Below are positions 10,585-19,843 of a DNA stretch of 32,000 bases, in pieces. The notes under the pieces were generated by a model. The model did not search any database, was not told the origin of the DNA, and worked only from the letters and a program-made list of their open reading frames with translations. This DNA comes from Micrococcus luteus NCTC 2665. GTDB lineage: Bacteria > Actinomycetota > Actinomycetes > Actinomycetales > Micrococcaceae. Made by a program: the position numbers and the translations under genes. The stretch spans positions 2,010,001-2,042,000 of the forward strand of contig NC_012803.1 of the NCBI RefSeq assembly GCF_000023205.1, in the 5' to 3' direction. Positions within the stretch are counted from its first letter, which is position 1; each line of letters opens with the position of its first letter.

Positions 10585-11490
10585 TCAGCGCTCCCGGGCC
10601 TCGAACGCCTCGACCTGGGCACGCAGCGTCTCGGCCGCGATCTCCTCGTCAAGGCCCACCATGCCGAGGTACACGAGCTCGTCCCCGTCCGTGACGCCGC
10701 CGACGGTCATGGTGAACAAGGCCGTGTCCATGCCCGAGTTCCCCAGGGCGATGTGGACCGCGTCCGGCACGCCGGGCACCTTCGTGAAGGCCGCCTCGAC
10801 GCCGTCCGGGTCGCCGAACGTGCCGCACGTGTCGGCCAGCTTGCCGAAGGGCGCCAGCAGATCGGTGCCGTCGTCGGTGACCGCGACCATGCCGAACGCC
10901 CCGGCCTGGGAACCGGCCAGGCCGGTGACGGCGGCCGGGTCCACCTCGTACTGGGCCAGCGCACCGCCGAGCCCGGGCGCCTGCTGCGTGTTGATCTGCT
11001 CGATGAGGTCCGCGCAGGCGCCCGGGGGCGTGACGCCCGTCAGGTTCAGACTCGTGCTGATCGGCTCACCCCCGCCGCCGACCTGGGTCTCCATGTCCGT
11101 GAACACGCCGTCGGGCGCGGTCTGGGGCGTGAGCAGGACGTCCTCGAGCGCCTCCACGCGCTCCTCCTGCTCGTCCGTGAGGTCCGAGCCGGCCCCCATC
11201 GAGGCGGACTCCGACGCGTCGGCCGACGCGGACGCCGCCACCGAGGACACGGCGGAGGACGAGGCCGTGGACACCGCCGCCGAGGGAGCCGCGGAGGACG
11301 ACGTGGCCGCGTCCTGCGTGGGGCTCGCGGTCGCGCTGACGGTCGCCGGGGAGGCCGAGGACGCGTCGGAGGAGGGAGAGGAGGACGAGGCCTCGCCGCC
11401 TCCCCCACCGCAGCCGACGAGCGCGAGGGCGCCCACGGCGAGCAGGGACAGGGGGGCGGCGGTGCGAGCGGGGGCGGCGGTGCGGAGCAT
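10585..11490 (-). CDS. hypothetical secreted lipoprotein with a Ser/Ala-rich linker
   Basis: Start moved to the ATG at 11488-11490 (GAGG SD). Signal peptide plus lipobox (LLAVGALALVGC), then an ~80-aa S/A-rich low-complexity linker and a ~200-aa globular domain of unknown family. Confidence 0.65.
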   Translation of the reverse strand: MLRTAAPARTAAPLSLLAVGALALVGCGGGGGEASSSSPSSDASSASPATVSATASPTQDAATSSSAAPSAAVSTASSSAVSSVAASASADASESASMGAGSDLTDEQEERVEALEDVLLTPQTAPDGVFTDMETQVGGGGEPISTSLNLTGVTPPGACADLIEQINTQQAPGLGGALAQYEVDPAAVTGLAGSQAGAFGMVAVTDDGTDLLAPFGKLADTCGTFGDPDGVEAAFTKVPGVPDAVHIALGNSGMDTALFTMTVGGVTDGDELVYLGMVGLDEEIAAETLRAQVEAFEARER

Positions 11491-11750
11491 GAGAGACCTC
11501 TCAGACCGGGTGACGACGATGTGACCAGTCTGACAATCCCCACAGCGCAAGGCCAGTCTTCGTCTGCCGAGGCGGGCCGCGGCAGGGCCACCGGTCGATC
11601 GGCTCGCTCCGCGGCGACGAGTCGTCTCCCGGCGCCCGCGACGGCCCCCGACGCACTACGATGACCACCAATCACGGCGGAACACGTCACTCTGCCGGCT
11701 CCCTCCGACCCGCACGCCCGTCCTCCCGACGGCGGCACAGAAGGCACTCC

Positions 11751-12572
11751 ATGACCCGCATCCACTCCCGCCTCCTCGGCGCCGTGGGGCTCACCGCGTC
11801 AGCGGCGCTGCTCACCGGCTGCGCCGTCCTCGGCGGCGACGCCGGATCCGCCGGCATCGTGTCCGATGACGACCTGAGCACCTCGTACGGCCTCGTCCAG
11901 CCCGGCGTCTTGACGGTCTGCTCCGACATCCCCTACCCGCCCTTCGAGTTCGAGGAGAAGGGTGAGCTGACCGGCTACGACATCCAGCTGGTCGAGGCGG
12001 TGGCGGAGAAGCTGGGTCTCGGGGTGAACGTGATCGACTCCTCCTTCGAGGCGATCGAGTCGGGTGCCTCGCTCACCGGCTGCGACGTGAACGCCTCGTC
12101 GATCTCCATCACCGAGGCCCGCCAGCGCGTCATGGCCTTCACCCTCCCCTACCTCGACGACGACCTCGTCCTGGTCGCGAAGAAGGGCTCCGGCATCACC
12201 GACGTCGAGTCCGCGAAGGGCCGCCGGATCGGCGTGCAGGCCGCGACCACCGGCGATGAGTACGCCCAGCAGAACGGCCTGAGCCCCGTGCAGTTCGAGG
12301 ACGGCGGCATGCAGATCCAGGCCCTCCAGGCCGGCACCGTGGACGCCGCCCTGGGCAACCAGTCCGTGCTGCTCTACTCGCTCAAGGACGACGATCGCTT
12401 CGAGGTGGTCGAGTCGCTGCCCACGGGCGAGCAGCTCGGCATGGCGGTCGGCCCACAGAAGGCGCAGCTCGGCTCCGCCGTGAACCGCGCGCTGCAGGAG
12501 CTGCGCAACGACGGCACCGTGGCCGAGCTCCAGGAGCGCTGGTTCGGTCAGGCACAGGAGGACTACCGATGA
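11751..12572 (+). CDS. polar amino-acid ABC transporter substrate-binding lipoprotein
   Basis: Start moved to the ATG at 11751 (GAAGG SD). Lipobox LLTGC. SBP-family-3-like core (YPPFEF, GYDIQLV, ... RWFG). Confidence 0.85.
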   Translation: MTRIHSRLLGAVGLTASAALLTGCAVLGGDAGSAGIVSDDDLSTSYGLVQPGVLTVCSDIPYPPFEFEEKGELTGYDIQLVEAVAEKLGLGVNVIDSSFEAIESGASLTGCDVNASSISITEARQRVMAFTLPYLDDDLVLVAKKGSGITDVESAKGRRIGVQAATTGDEYAQQNGLSPVQFEDGGMQIQALQAGTVDAALGNQSVLLYSLKDDDRFEVVESLPTGEQLGMAVGPQKAQLGSAVNRALQELRNDGTVAELQERWFGQAQEDYR

Positions 12573-13399
12573 GCACGCAGACCCCCGTCTCGCCCGCACC
12601 GGCCATGAAGCCCGGCCGTGCGCGCCGCCGTCGCCGGCTGTCCCTGATCATCCAGGCGGCCGTCTTCGTCCTCGCCGTCGTCGTCCTGGCCGTCCTCATC
12701 GACTGGGGCGCGCTCGCCGAGAACGTCCTGAACTTCCCCGCCGTGGCCCCGATGTTCCCCAACGTGATCCTCGTGGGCCTGGGCAACACGCTGTTCTACA
12801 CGGTCACCTCGTTCGTCGTCGGCCTGCTGGGCGGCGTCGTGCTCGCGCTCATGCGCCTGAGCTCGTTCGGCCCGTACCGGTGGCTGGCCACCGCCTACGT
12901 CGAGTTCTTCCGCGGCGTCCCCGCGCTGCTGGTGTTCCTCGCCTTCGGCTACGGGGTGCCCTTCGCGTTCGGGGTGTCCTGGCCGATCCCCGTCGTCGTG
13001 ATGGCTGCCCTGGGCATGGTCTCGGCCGCCTACATCGCCGAGACCCTGCGTGCCGGCCTGCAGGCCGTGCCCCGCGGCCAGATGGAGGCGGCCCGGTCCC
13101 TCGGCATGCCGACGTGGCGGGCCATGGTCACCATCGTGATCCCCCAGGCGTTCCGCATCGTGCTGCCGCCGCTCACCAATGAGGTCATCCTCCTGACCAA
13201 GGATTCCTCGCTGGTCTACGTGCTCGGCCTGGCCGCGCACGAGTACGAGCTCACCAAGTTCGGCCGCGACGGCATCTCCGCCCTCGACGCCGGCATGACG
13301 CCGATCCTCGTGGCCGGCCTGTTCTACCTCGTGATCACCGTGCCGCTGTCCCTGCTGGCCCGCCGGTTCGAGGCCCGTTCGACCAAGAAGGGGCACTGA
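12569..13399 (+). CDS. polar amino-acid ABC transporter permease
   Basis: ATGA overlap with the binding-protein gene. Multi-TM protein with an EAA-like loop ([28 protein letters not shown]). Confidence 0.9.
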   Translation: MSTQTPVSPAPAMKPGRARRRRRLSLIIQAAVFVLAVVVLAVLIDWGALAENVLNFPAVAPMFPNVILVGLGNTLFYTVTSFVVGLLGGVVLALMRLSSFGPYRWLATAYVEFFRGVPALLVFLAFGYGVPFAFGVSWPIPVVVMAALGMVSAAYIAETLRAGLQAVPRGQMEAARSLGMPTWRAMVTIVIPQAFRIVLPPLTNEVILLTKDSSLVYVLGLAAHEYELTKFGRDGISALDAGMTPILVAGLFYLVITVPLSLLARRFEARSTKKGH

Positions 13400-13400
13400 G

Positions 13401-14204
13401 ATGGCCCAGCAGAACCCCATCACCGGATCCTTCGGCGCGGTGGCCGCCGCGGACGCCGCCGGCGTGCACGTGGCCGGCCTCAACAAGTCCTTCGGCGCCA
13501 ACCACGTGCTGCGCGGCATCGACCTCGACGTCGCCCCCGGCGAGGTCGTGTGCCTGATCGGCCCGTCCGGCTCGGGCAAGTCCACCCTCCTGCGCTGCGT
13601 GAACCTGCTGGAGAAGCCCGACTCGGGCGTCGTCACGGTCGGTGAGTTCACGGTCACGGACGAGGACGTGGACCTGGACGTGCTGCGCCGCCACGTGGGC
13701 ATGGTGTTCCAGCAGTTCAACCTGTTCCCGCACCTGTCCGTGCTGGAGAACTGCACCGTGGCCCAGCTCAAGGTGCTCAAGCGGGGCAAGGCCGAGGCGG
13801 CGGACATCGCCCGTCGACAGCTGGCCCGCGTGGGCCTGGCCGAGCTCGAGGACCGCTACCCGGACCAGCTCTCCGGCGGCCAGCAGCAGCGCGTGGCGAT
13901 CGCCCGTGCGCTGGCCATGGACCCGCAGCTGATGCTCTTCGACGAGCCCACCTCCGCCCTCGACCCCGAGACCGTCGGCGACGTCCTGGCGATCATGCGT
14001 CAGCTGGCCCGCGACGGCATGACCATGCTCGTGGTCACCCATGAGATGGGCTTCGCCCGCGAGGTGGCCGACCGGGTCGTGTTCATGGACGGCGGCGTCG
14101 TGGTGGAGGCCGGCCCGGCCGCCGCGGTGATCTCCGACCCCCAGCAGCCGCGCACCCAGGACTTCCTGCGCCGCGTGCTGCACCCCACCGAGATCGACCT
14201 CTGA
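13401..14204 (+). CDS. polar amino-acid ABC transporter ATP-binding protein (GlnQ-like)
   Basis: Walker [10 protein letters not shown], signature [15 protein letters not shown], Walker [14 protein letters not shown]-loop VVTHEM. Confidence 0.95.
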   Translation: MAQQNPITGSFGAVAAADAAGVHVAGLNKSFGANHVLRGIDLDVAPGEVVCLIGPSGSGKSTLLRCVNLLEKPDSGVVTVGEFTVTDEDVDLDVLRRHVGMVFQQFNLFPHLSVLENCTVAQLKVLKRGKAEAADIARRQLARVGLAELEDRYPDQLSGGQQQRVAIARALAMDPQLMLFDEPTSALDPETVGDVLAIMRQLARDGMTMLVVTHEMGFAREVADRVVFMDGGVVVEAGPAAAVISDPQQPRTQDFLRRVLHPTEIDL

Positions 14205-14207
14205 GCC

Positions 14208-14238
14208 TGCCCGCCCGCCGTGCCCCGGTGGGCGGGCA
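14208..14238. terminator. stem-loop immediately after the ABC ATPase gene
   Basis: TGCCCGCCC / 13-nt loop / GGGCGGGCA, starting 4 nt after the stop. Confidence 0.55.
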
Positions 14239-14241
14239 CAT

Positions 14242-14289
14242 GCGTGAGGGGCCCTGCCCGGACCATGGTCCGGGCAGGGCCCCTCACGC
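14242..14289. terminator. 48-bp perfect palindrome between convergent genes
   Basis: GCGTGAGGGGCCCTGCCCGGACCA | TGGTCCGGGCAGGGCCCCTCACGC has 24-bp perfect arms and no spacer. It lies between the stops at 14204 (+) and 14304 (-). Confidence 0.7.
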
Positions 14290-14303
14290 GTGCGGCGGAG
14301 GCG

Positions 14304-14897
14304 TCAGGCCTTCTTGCGCAGCTTCTTCAGCTCGTCACGGGCCTCGCGCAGCGCGGCGACCTGCTCCTCACGGGCGGCGTGGATCGCGGCGACCTTCTCG
14401 TCCTGGGCGTCGCGGATGGCCTGCACCTTGGCGTCGCGGGCGCCCTCGATGCGGGCGGCGCGCTTCTTGGCGGCCTTGCGGCGCTTGCCGGGGCGGTTGG
14501 CCACGGAGTCGGCGGTGATGGCCAGGCCGGAGGCGACCAGGAAGATGTCCTTGGCGACGCCGGTGCCCTCCTGGGACGGACGTACGCCGTCCGCCTCGGT
14601 CATCTCCGGGGTGTTCAGGTACATGGAGAACAGGCCGCCGGAGAACGCGGTCAGGGCGGAGCCGGCGAGCCAGCCCGGGACGAACGGGGCCAGCAGGGCT
14701 GCGCCCACGCCGACCTCGGTGGTCACGAGGAACTTCTTGAACTGCTCCGGCGACAGGTTGGCCAGCGCGGGCAGGCCGCGGGCGCCCATGTCGCGCAGGC
14801 CCTGGGCCTGCTCCGCGGAGATGCCGCGCTTGTTCAGGCCGGAGTTCAGGATGAACGCGCCGGAGGCCAGGCGCAGCGGAATCTGGACGATGCTCAT
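14304..14897 (-). CDS. hypothetical membrane protein with a Lys/Ala-rich amphipathic C-terminal tail
   Basis: Start moved to the ATG at 14895-14897, behind a strong SD (GGAAGGAAG). About 4 hydrophobic segments, then KRRKAAKKRAARIEGARDAKVQAIRDAQDEKVAAIHAAREEQVAALREARDELKKLRKKA. Confidence 0.65.
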   Translation of the reverse strand: MSIVQIPLRLASGAFILNSGLNKRGISAEQAQGLRDMGARGLPALANLSPEQFKKFLVTTEVGVGAALLAPFVPGWLAGSALTAFSGGLFSMYLNTPEMTEADGVRPSQEGTGVAKDIFLVASGLAITADSVANRPGKRRKAAKKRAARIEGARDAKVQAIRDAQDEKVAAIHAAREEQVAALREARDELKKLRKKA

Positions 14898-15088
14898 GGA
14901 GTCTTCCTTCCAGTAGGGCCCGCGGCACGCACGTGGAGTGGGGTGTGGCGCGAACGGTCGGTGAGCGGTCAGCGCCTCTGACACTACCAACGGCAGCCCG
15001 CTCCCGCCCGCCCGGAGGCGCGACTGTGCGCGCAGAGCGGACGACGTCGCCGCCTCCACCACGTCGCCGAGGCGGTCGATGATGGACA

Positions 15089-15844
15089 ATGGGGCGCATG
15101 CTCCCCCTCATCACACCCCTGACCGTGGCCGCCGCCGCGCCCACCGACTACGGCTGGCTCGGCAACATCGTCGTGGACATCATGGAGGCCGTCGGCCCGA
15201 TCGGCGTCGGCCTGGCCGTCTTCGCGGAGAACATCTTCCCGCCCATCCCGTCCGAGGTGATCCTGCCCCTGGCCGGCTTCACCGCGGCCGGCGGCGCCTT
15301 CAGCCCGCATGCCGCGCTGGTCTGGGCGACGGTCGGCTCGATCGTCGGAGCGCTGGCCCTCTACGGCCTCGGCGCGTGGCTCGGCCGCCACCGCATGTAC
15401 CGCCTCGCGGACCGCATGCCGCTGGTGGACATGGAGGACGTGGCCAAGACCGAGCGCTGGTTCATCCGCTACGGCTACTGGACCGTGTTCCTGGGCCGCA
15501 TGGTCCCCGTGTTCCGCTCCCTGATCTCCATCCCCGCGGGCATCGAGCGGATGAACCTCGCGAAGTTCACCCTGTTCACGGCGCTGGGCTCCCTGATCTG
15601 GAACGCGATCTTCGTCTACGGCGGCTACGCGCTCGGGGAGCGGTTCCACGTCGTCTCCGAGTACGCGGACGTCTTCTCCAACATCGTCCTGGTCCTGATC
15701 CTGGCCTTCCTCGCGATCTGGGTGGTCCTGCGCCTGCGCCGTGACGCCCGCCGCCGGAACGACCCGGACTGGCGCCCGCCGACCGCGGACGAGATGGCCG
15801 CCCGCGTCGAGGCCATCCTGGAGTCCTCCGACCACCGGAAGTGA
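15089..15844 (+). CDS. DedA family (SNARE-associated) membrane protein
   Basis: Characteristic ENIFPPIPSEVILPLAGF motif and the later FLGRMVPVFRSLISIPAG. The start could also be the ATG at 15098. Confidence 0.9.
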   Translation: MGRMLPLITPLTVAAAAPTDYGWLGNIVVDIMEAVGPIGVGLAVFAENIFPPIPSEVILPLAGFTAAGGAFSPHAALVWATVGSIVGALALYGLGAWLGRHRMYRLADRMPLVDMEDVAKTERWFIRYGYWTVFLGRMVPVFRSLISIPAGIERMNLAKFTLFTALGSLIWNAIFVYGGYALGERFHVVSEYADVFSNIVLVLILAFLAIWVVLRLRRDARRRNDPDWRPPTADEMAARVEAILESSDHRK

Positions 15845-17157
15845 ATCGCATGCACCCCGTCCTGCCCTCCCCCCGCCGTGGCCGCGCGGCCCTCGGCCTG
15901 GCCGCCGTCGCCCTGGTGGCGCTGAGCGCCTGTGCTCGCACCGAGCCGCAGCCCGAGCCTGCGCCCGCCACGACGGCGGCCTCCGCCCTGCCGTCCATGG
16001 ACATGGCCCCGTTCACGCTCGAGGTCCCCTCGCACGACCTCGAGAGGGTGCCGGAGGCGAGCGTCGCCGTGCTCGAGGGTGAGGACCCGGACCACCACGG
16101 GGCGTGGCTGCAGGTGGCCGGGGCGCCGGCCTGGACGGAGGCCATGGCCGGGGCCGTGCGCGCCCAGATCGACCAGTACCGCCGGGACACCGACCCCAGC
16201 GCGGACCCGCGCCTGGAGATCCAGCCGCAGCTCGCCGTCGTGGCCGAGGACATCGCCGCGGCCCGCCTGCTCGCCACGGAACGGCGCGGCACGGACTCCG
16301 TGTCCACCTCGCACGTGATCTGGTACTCGGCCCGCGAGGACCGCGTGCTCGAGACCGCCGATCTCTTCACCTCCGACGGCTGGGACGCGTTCCGCGCCGA
16401 GGTGCGCCAGCGCATGGCCAACGACCCGGACGTGATCCGCTCGCGCCTGGACTCGGCGGTCGACGCGCCGGAGCAGGTGGAGAACCGTCGCGTCTGGGAC
16501 GCGGTGGTCTTCCTGCCGGACGGCAGCCTGATGCTCGAGGCGGACCAGGCGTCCATGGCGCCGGCCGCAGCGGGTGTGCTGACGGTGCGGATCCCCCGGG
16601 ACACGGCAGCCCCCTGGCTGTCCGACCTGGGCCACGTCGCCGCGGACGCCGCCTCCGCCCCCGCCGACCTGCGTCTGCCGGACCGCTCCACCCCGACCCC
16701 CGAGGAGCAGCAGCCGGAGCCCGCTCCCGAGCCGGAGCCCGAGACGTCCTCGCGGACGCAGGAGGCCACCGACGCACCCGTGCCGCCCCCGTCCGCGCCC
16801 GCCGACACGGCAGCCCCGACGCCCAGCGCGACCACCCCGGTGCCGAGCAGCACGGCCCCGTCCTCCTCGACCCCCGCGCCCACCCGCTCGGCCACGCCGT
16901 CCTCCCCGACGTCTCCCCCCACCTCGTCCTCGCCGTCGGGCACGGGATCCGGCAGTCCGACGCCGAGCACCCCCGACCCGACGCCGACCACCGCGACGCC
17001 GACCCCCACATCCTCGAGCCCGTCCGGTCCGTCCACGAGCGCGCCGGCCACCGACCCCGCGCCGGACCCGACCGAGTCCGCGCCCGAGCCGACCGCCACG
17101 ACGGCCTCGGCGCCCGCGTCGCCCACGTCGGGGGACCGCTCCAGCGACACCCCCTGA
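15841..17157 (+). CDS. hypothetical lipoprotein with a ~160-aa Pro/Thr/Ser-rich C-terminal tail
   Basis: GTG at 15841 overlaps the DedA stop (GTGA); an alternative ATG lies at 15850. Signal plus lipobox (AAVALVALSAC). ~270-aa globular part, then a P/T/S low-complexity region from ~16680. Confidence 0.7.
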   Translation: MNRMHPVLPSPRRGRAALGLAAVALVALSACARTEPQPEPAPATTAASALPSMDMAPFTLEVPSHDLERVPEASVAVLEGEDPDHHGAWLQVAGAPAWTEAMAGAVRAQIDQYRRDTDPSADPRLEIQPQLAVVAEDIAAARLLATERRGTDSVSTSHVIWYSAREDRVLETADLFTSDGWDAFRAEVRQRMANDPDVIRSRLDSAVDAPEQVENRRVWDAVVFLPDGSLMLEADQASMAPAAAGVLTVRIPRDTAAPWLSDLGHVAADAASAPADLRLPDRSTPTPEEQQPEPAPEPEPETSSRTQEATDAPVPPPSAPADTAAPTPSATTPVPSSTAPSSSTPAPTRSATPSSPTSPPTSSSPSGTGSGSPTPSTPDPTPTTATPTPTSSSPSGPSTSAPATDPAPDPTESAPEPTATTASAPASPTSGDRSSDTP

Positions 17158-17227
17158 CCCCGGTGCCGGGCGCCGTCGTCGACCGCGGTCTGCGCCGTCG
17201 ACGCACGGCCGTGGCAGGATCGGGGCG

Positions 17228-18223
17228 ATGACTGAGCACCTCCCTCGCCCCCGCCCGGACGCACCCGGCCCCGACGCCGTCCCGCCGCCCGCCGAGCGCG
17301 TCCACGCGCACGACCACAATCGGGACAAGGACCCCGCCCTCGTCCGACGGGAGCCGGTCTCCTTCGTCCGGCGCGGTGCGCGCCTGAACGCGGGGCGGCA
17401 GGCGGTGTGGGACCGCCAGGCGGAGCGGGTCCTCGTGGATGTGCCCCGCGGCCGCGGAGCCACCTCGGTGGACGCCCAGGCCCGACTGGACTGGGCGGGG
17501 GTGTTCGGGCGCGAGGCCCCCCTGCTCGTGGACATCGGCTCCGGGCTGGGCGAGTCCACGGCGCAGGCCGCCGCCGACCGACCGGACTGGAACGTGCTCG
17601 CCGTCGAGGTCTACGTGCCCGGCCTGGCCGCGCTCATGACGCGCATGGAGCAGCAGGGCCTGGAGAACGTCCGCGCCGTGGAGGCCAACGCCCCCGAGCT
17701 GCTGGACGCCCTGCTCACGCCCGGGTCCGTGTCCGAGGTGTGGGTGTTCTTCCCGGACCCGTGGCACAAGAAGCGGCACCATAAGCGCCGCCTGGTCTCC
17801 CCCGCCTTCGCGGACCGCGTGGCGCGGGTGCTCGCCCCCGGCGGGGTGCTGCGGCTGGCGACGGACTGGTCGGGCTACGCCGTGCAGATGCGCGAGGTGC
17901 TCGAGGCGCACCCGGAGTTCGAGAACCTCTTCCCCGGGCGCGCCGCCGGCGAGGACTCCCCGCTCACGCGGGTGCGCCGCGAGGGCAGGGAGACCGAGGT
18001 GGGCGCCCAGCCGCTGCCCGCGGGCTGGGAGCGCGCGGCCGAGGAGGAGCGCCCGCTGCGGGCCGGCCTGGGTGAGGCGCGGGCCGGCGCGGCGGCCGCG
18101 GACCCCGTGGACCACGAAGGCGGCTGGGCGCCCCGGTTCGAGGGGCGGCCGATCACGAGCTTCGAGGCGAAGTCCCAGCGGGCCGGACGCCTTGTGTTCG
18201 ACCTGGCGTACCGCCGCCGCTGA
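17228..18223 (+). CDS. trmB: tRNA (guanine-N7)-methyltransferase
   Basis: SAM motif VDIGSGLGES and the signature FFPDPWHKKRHHKRR. N-terminal and internal extensions relative to short TrmBs. Confidence 0.9.
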   Translation: MTEHLPRPRPDAPGPDAVPPPAERVHAHDHNRDKDPALVRREPVSFVRRGARLNAGRQAVWDRQAERVLVDVPRGRGATSVDAQARLDWAGVFGREAPLLVDIGSGLGESTAQAAADRPDWNVLAVEVYVPGLAALMTRMEQQGLENVRAVEANAPELLDALLTPGSVSEVWVFFPDPWHKKRHHKRRLVSPAFADRVARVLAPGGVLRLATDWSGYAVQMREVLEAHPEFENLFPGRAAGEDSPLTRVRREGRETEVGAQPLPAGWERAAEEERPLRAGLGEARAGAAAADPVDHEGGWAPRFEGRPITSFEAKSQRAGRLVFDLAYRRR

Positions 18224-18245
18224 GCACGGGGCCCGACGGGGCCGC

Positions 18246-19313
18246 TCAGGCCGGGGCGACCGGCCCGGCCGGGTCGGCGCCGTCCGGGACGGGCGGCAGC
18301 GGCAGGCCGGCGGTCACCCGCGCGGTCGCCGCGAGCGTCACGGACCCGGCGTCCCGGTAGCCCCTCGGGGCGTCCCCGGGGGTCGTCGGCGACCAGCGGG
18401 CCGTGTGGTGGCCGCGGACGCCGGCCCCCGCCAGGCCGGGCCGCGGGGCCACCGGCAGCACGGCGGCGTCCGTCCAGTCCCGACGACGGCCCACCGCACG
18501 GCCGACCCGGGCGAGGAGGTCGCCCGGGGCCAGGGCGCGGAACACCCGTCCGGACCGCAGGCCGAGGTGCGCGGCCCGGGCTGCCAGGGCGGCGGGCAGG
18601 CCGACCGCGCCCGAGACCACGAGGGCCTCGACGGGACGCTCGGCCGGCCATGGGGCCTCGGCGTCGTCGGGCTGCAGGCCCCGGTCCGCGAGCAGGCGCA
18701 GGGCGTGCGCGGCCACCAGCGAGCCGTACGAGTGGGCCTCCATGGCCCCGTGCACGGCGGTCCCGCGGGCGCGCAGGGCCGGGGCGGCGGCGTCGTCCTC
18801 CCCCGGCCCGTGGCGCATGAACTCCCACCAGGCCCGCACATCCGCGGCGAGCATCGCGCCGCCGCGCCGGCCGGGGCCGTCGAGCACCACCCGCCAGGGC
18901 GAGGGCGCGGGGTAGCCGAGCCACGCGATGACGACGGGACGGGGTGCGCCGACGGCACGCTGGGCGGCGGCGAGGTGGGCGGCCTCCCGGGCCGTCCCCC
19001 ACATAGCCGTCTGGGGGCGGATGCCCATGCCGGAGACGAGCCAGGTCAGGTGGGTGGCGGTCGCGGGGTCCCCCGCGGCGACCACCGCGCGCGGGCCGTC
19101 CGGCCCGTCGAGGACGTAGTCCAGCAGATGCCGGGAGGGCAGCTGCGGGTCCATGCCCTCCGGCTTGAGGGCGTGGACGATCCCGTCCAGGGCGCTGCGG
19201 GCCCGCCGGCCCAGGCCGTCGCGCCGGGCCATGTCGGCGCGCAGCCGCTCCCGGACGCGGGACCGTGCGGTCGCCCCGAACGACGCCCGATTCAGTCCTG
19301 CTCGGGCTGCCAC
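18246..19313 (-). CDS. alpha/beta hydrolase, DUF1023-like
   Basis: Motifs GDPATATHLTWLVSG, VIAWLGYPAP and nucleophile-elbow-like HSYGS are typical of DUF1023. The start is uncertain: 19313 overlaps hspR by 22 nt, and an alternative ATG lies at 19232. Confidence 0.65.
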   Translation of the reverse strand: MAARAGLNRASFGATARSRVRERLRADMARRDGLGRRARSALDGIVHALKPEGMDPQLPSRHLLDYVLDGPDGPRAVVAAGDPATATHLTWLVSGMGIRPQTAMWGTAREAAHLAAAQRAVGAPRPVVIAWLGYPAPSPWRVVLDGPGRRGGAMLAADVRAWWEFMRHGPGEDDAAAPALRARGTAVHGAMEAHSYGSLVAAHALRLLADRGLQPDDAEAPWPAERPVEALVVSGAVGLPAALAARAAHLGLRSGRVFRALAPGDLLARVGRAVGRRRDWTDAAVLPVAPRPGLAGAGVRGHHTARWSPTTPGDAPRGYRDAGSVTLAATARVTAGLPLPPVPDGADPAGPVAPA

Positions 19314-19843
19314 GTGAGCACCCGTCGGGGGCCTGCGACGCCGGAGGGCAGCGTCCGCAGGACACCCGGGGAGGCCTGGCCCGCGGCGTCGGCCTCGGTC
19401 CGTGCCGCGGCCTGGCGGCGGGCGGCCATCCGGTCGGCGTACCGGGCCGAGACGTCGCCGCCGGAGCCCACGGTGAAGACGCGGGCCAGGCGGGAGGCGT
19501 GGTGGAGGCGGTCCACCTGGGCCGCCAGCTCGACCACGGTGTCCTGCAGCTGCTCGACCTCGCGCTGCAGCGCGATCACGCGGCGGATGCCCTCCAGCGA
19601 GATGCCCTCGCGGCTCAGGGCCTGCACGGTCTGCAGCCGCTCGACATCGGCCAGGGAGTAGCGGCGGTGCCGTCCGCCCTGACGGGCGGGGACCACGAGG
19701 CCGAGCCGGTCGTACTGGCGCAGGGTCTGCGGGTGCATGTCCGCCATCTCGGCGGCCACGGAGATCACGAAGACGGGGGCGTTCCGGTCAAGACCCGGCT
19801 CGCGGCCCCGGTCCGCGCCTGCGGCGCCGTCGCGGGCGCTCAC
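19292..19843 (-). CDS. hspR: MerR-family heat-shock repressor HspR
   Basis: MerR HTH ([39 protein letters not shown]). It is the last gene of the dnaK-grpE-dnaJ cluster. The GTG start overlaps the dnaJ stop (GTGA). Confidence 0.9.
   Translation of the reverse strand: MSARDGAAGADRGREPGLDRNAPVFVISVAAEMADMHPQTLRQYDRLGLVVPARQGGRHRRYSLADVERLQTVQALSREGISLEGIRRVIALQREVEQLQDTVVELAAQVDRLHHASRLARVFTVGSGGDVSARYADRMAARRQAAARTEADAAGQASPGVLRTLPSGVAGPRRVLTWQPEQD

Noticed and set aside
11551-11750. Possible riboswitch or leader in the 200-nt region upstream of the amino-acid ABC operon
   Set aside because: I could not recognise any known riboswitch core or a convincing terminator/antiterminator pair. It is most simply a divergent promoter region.
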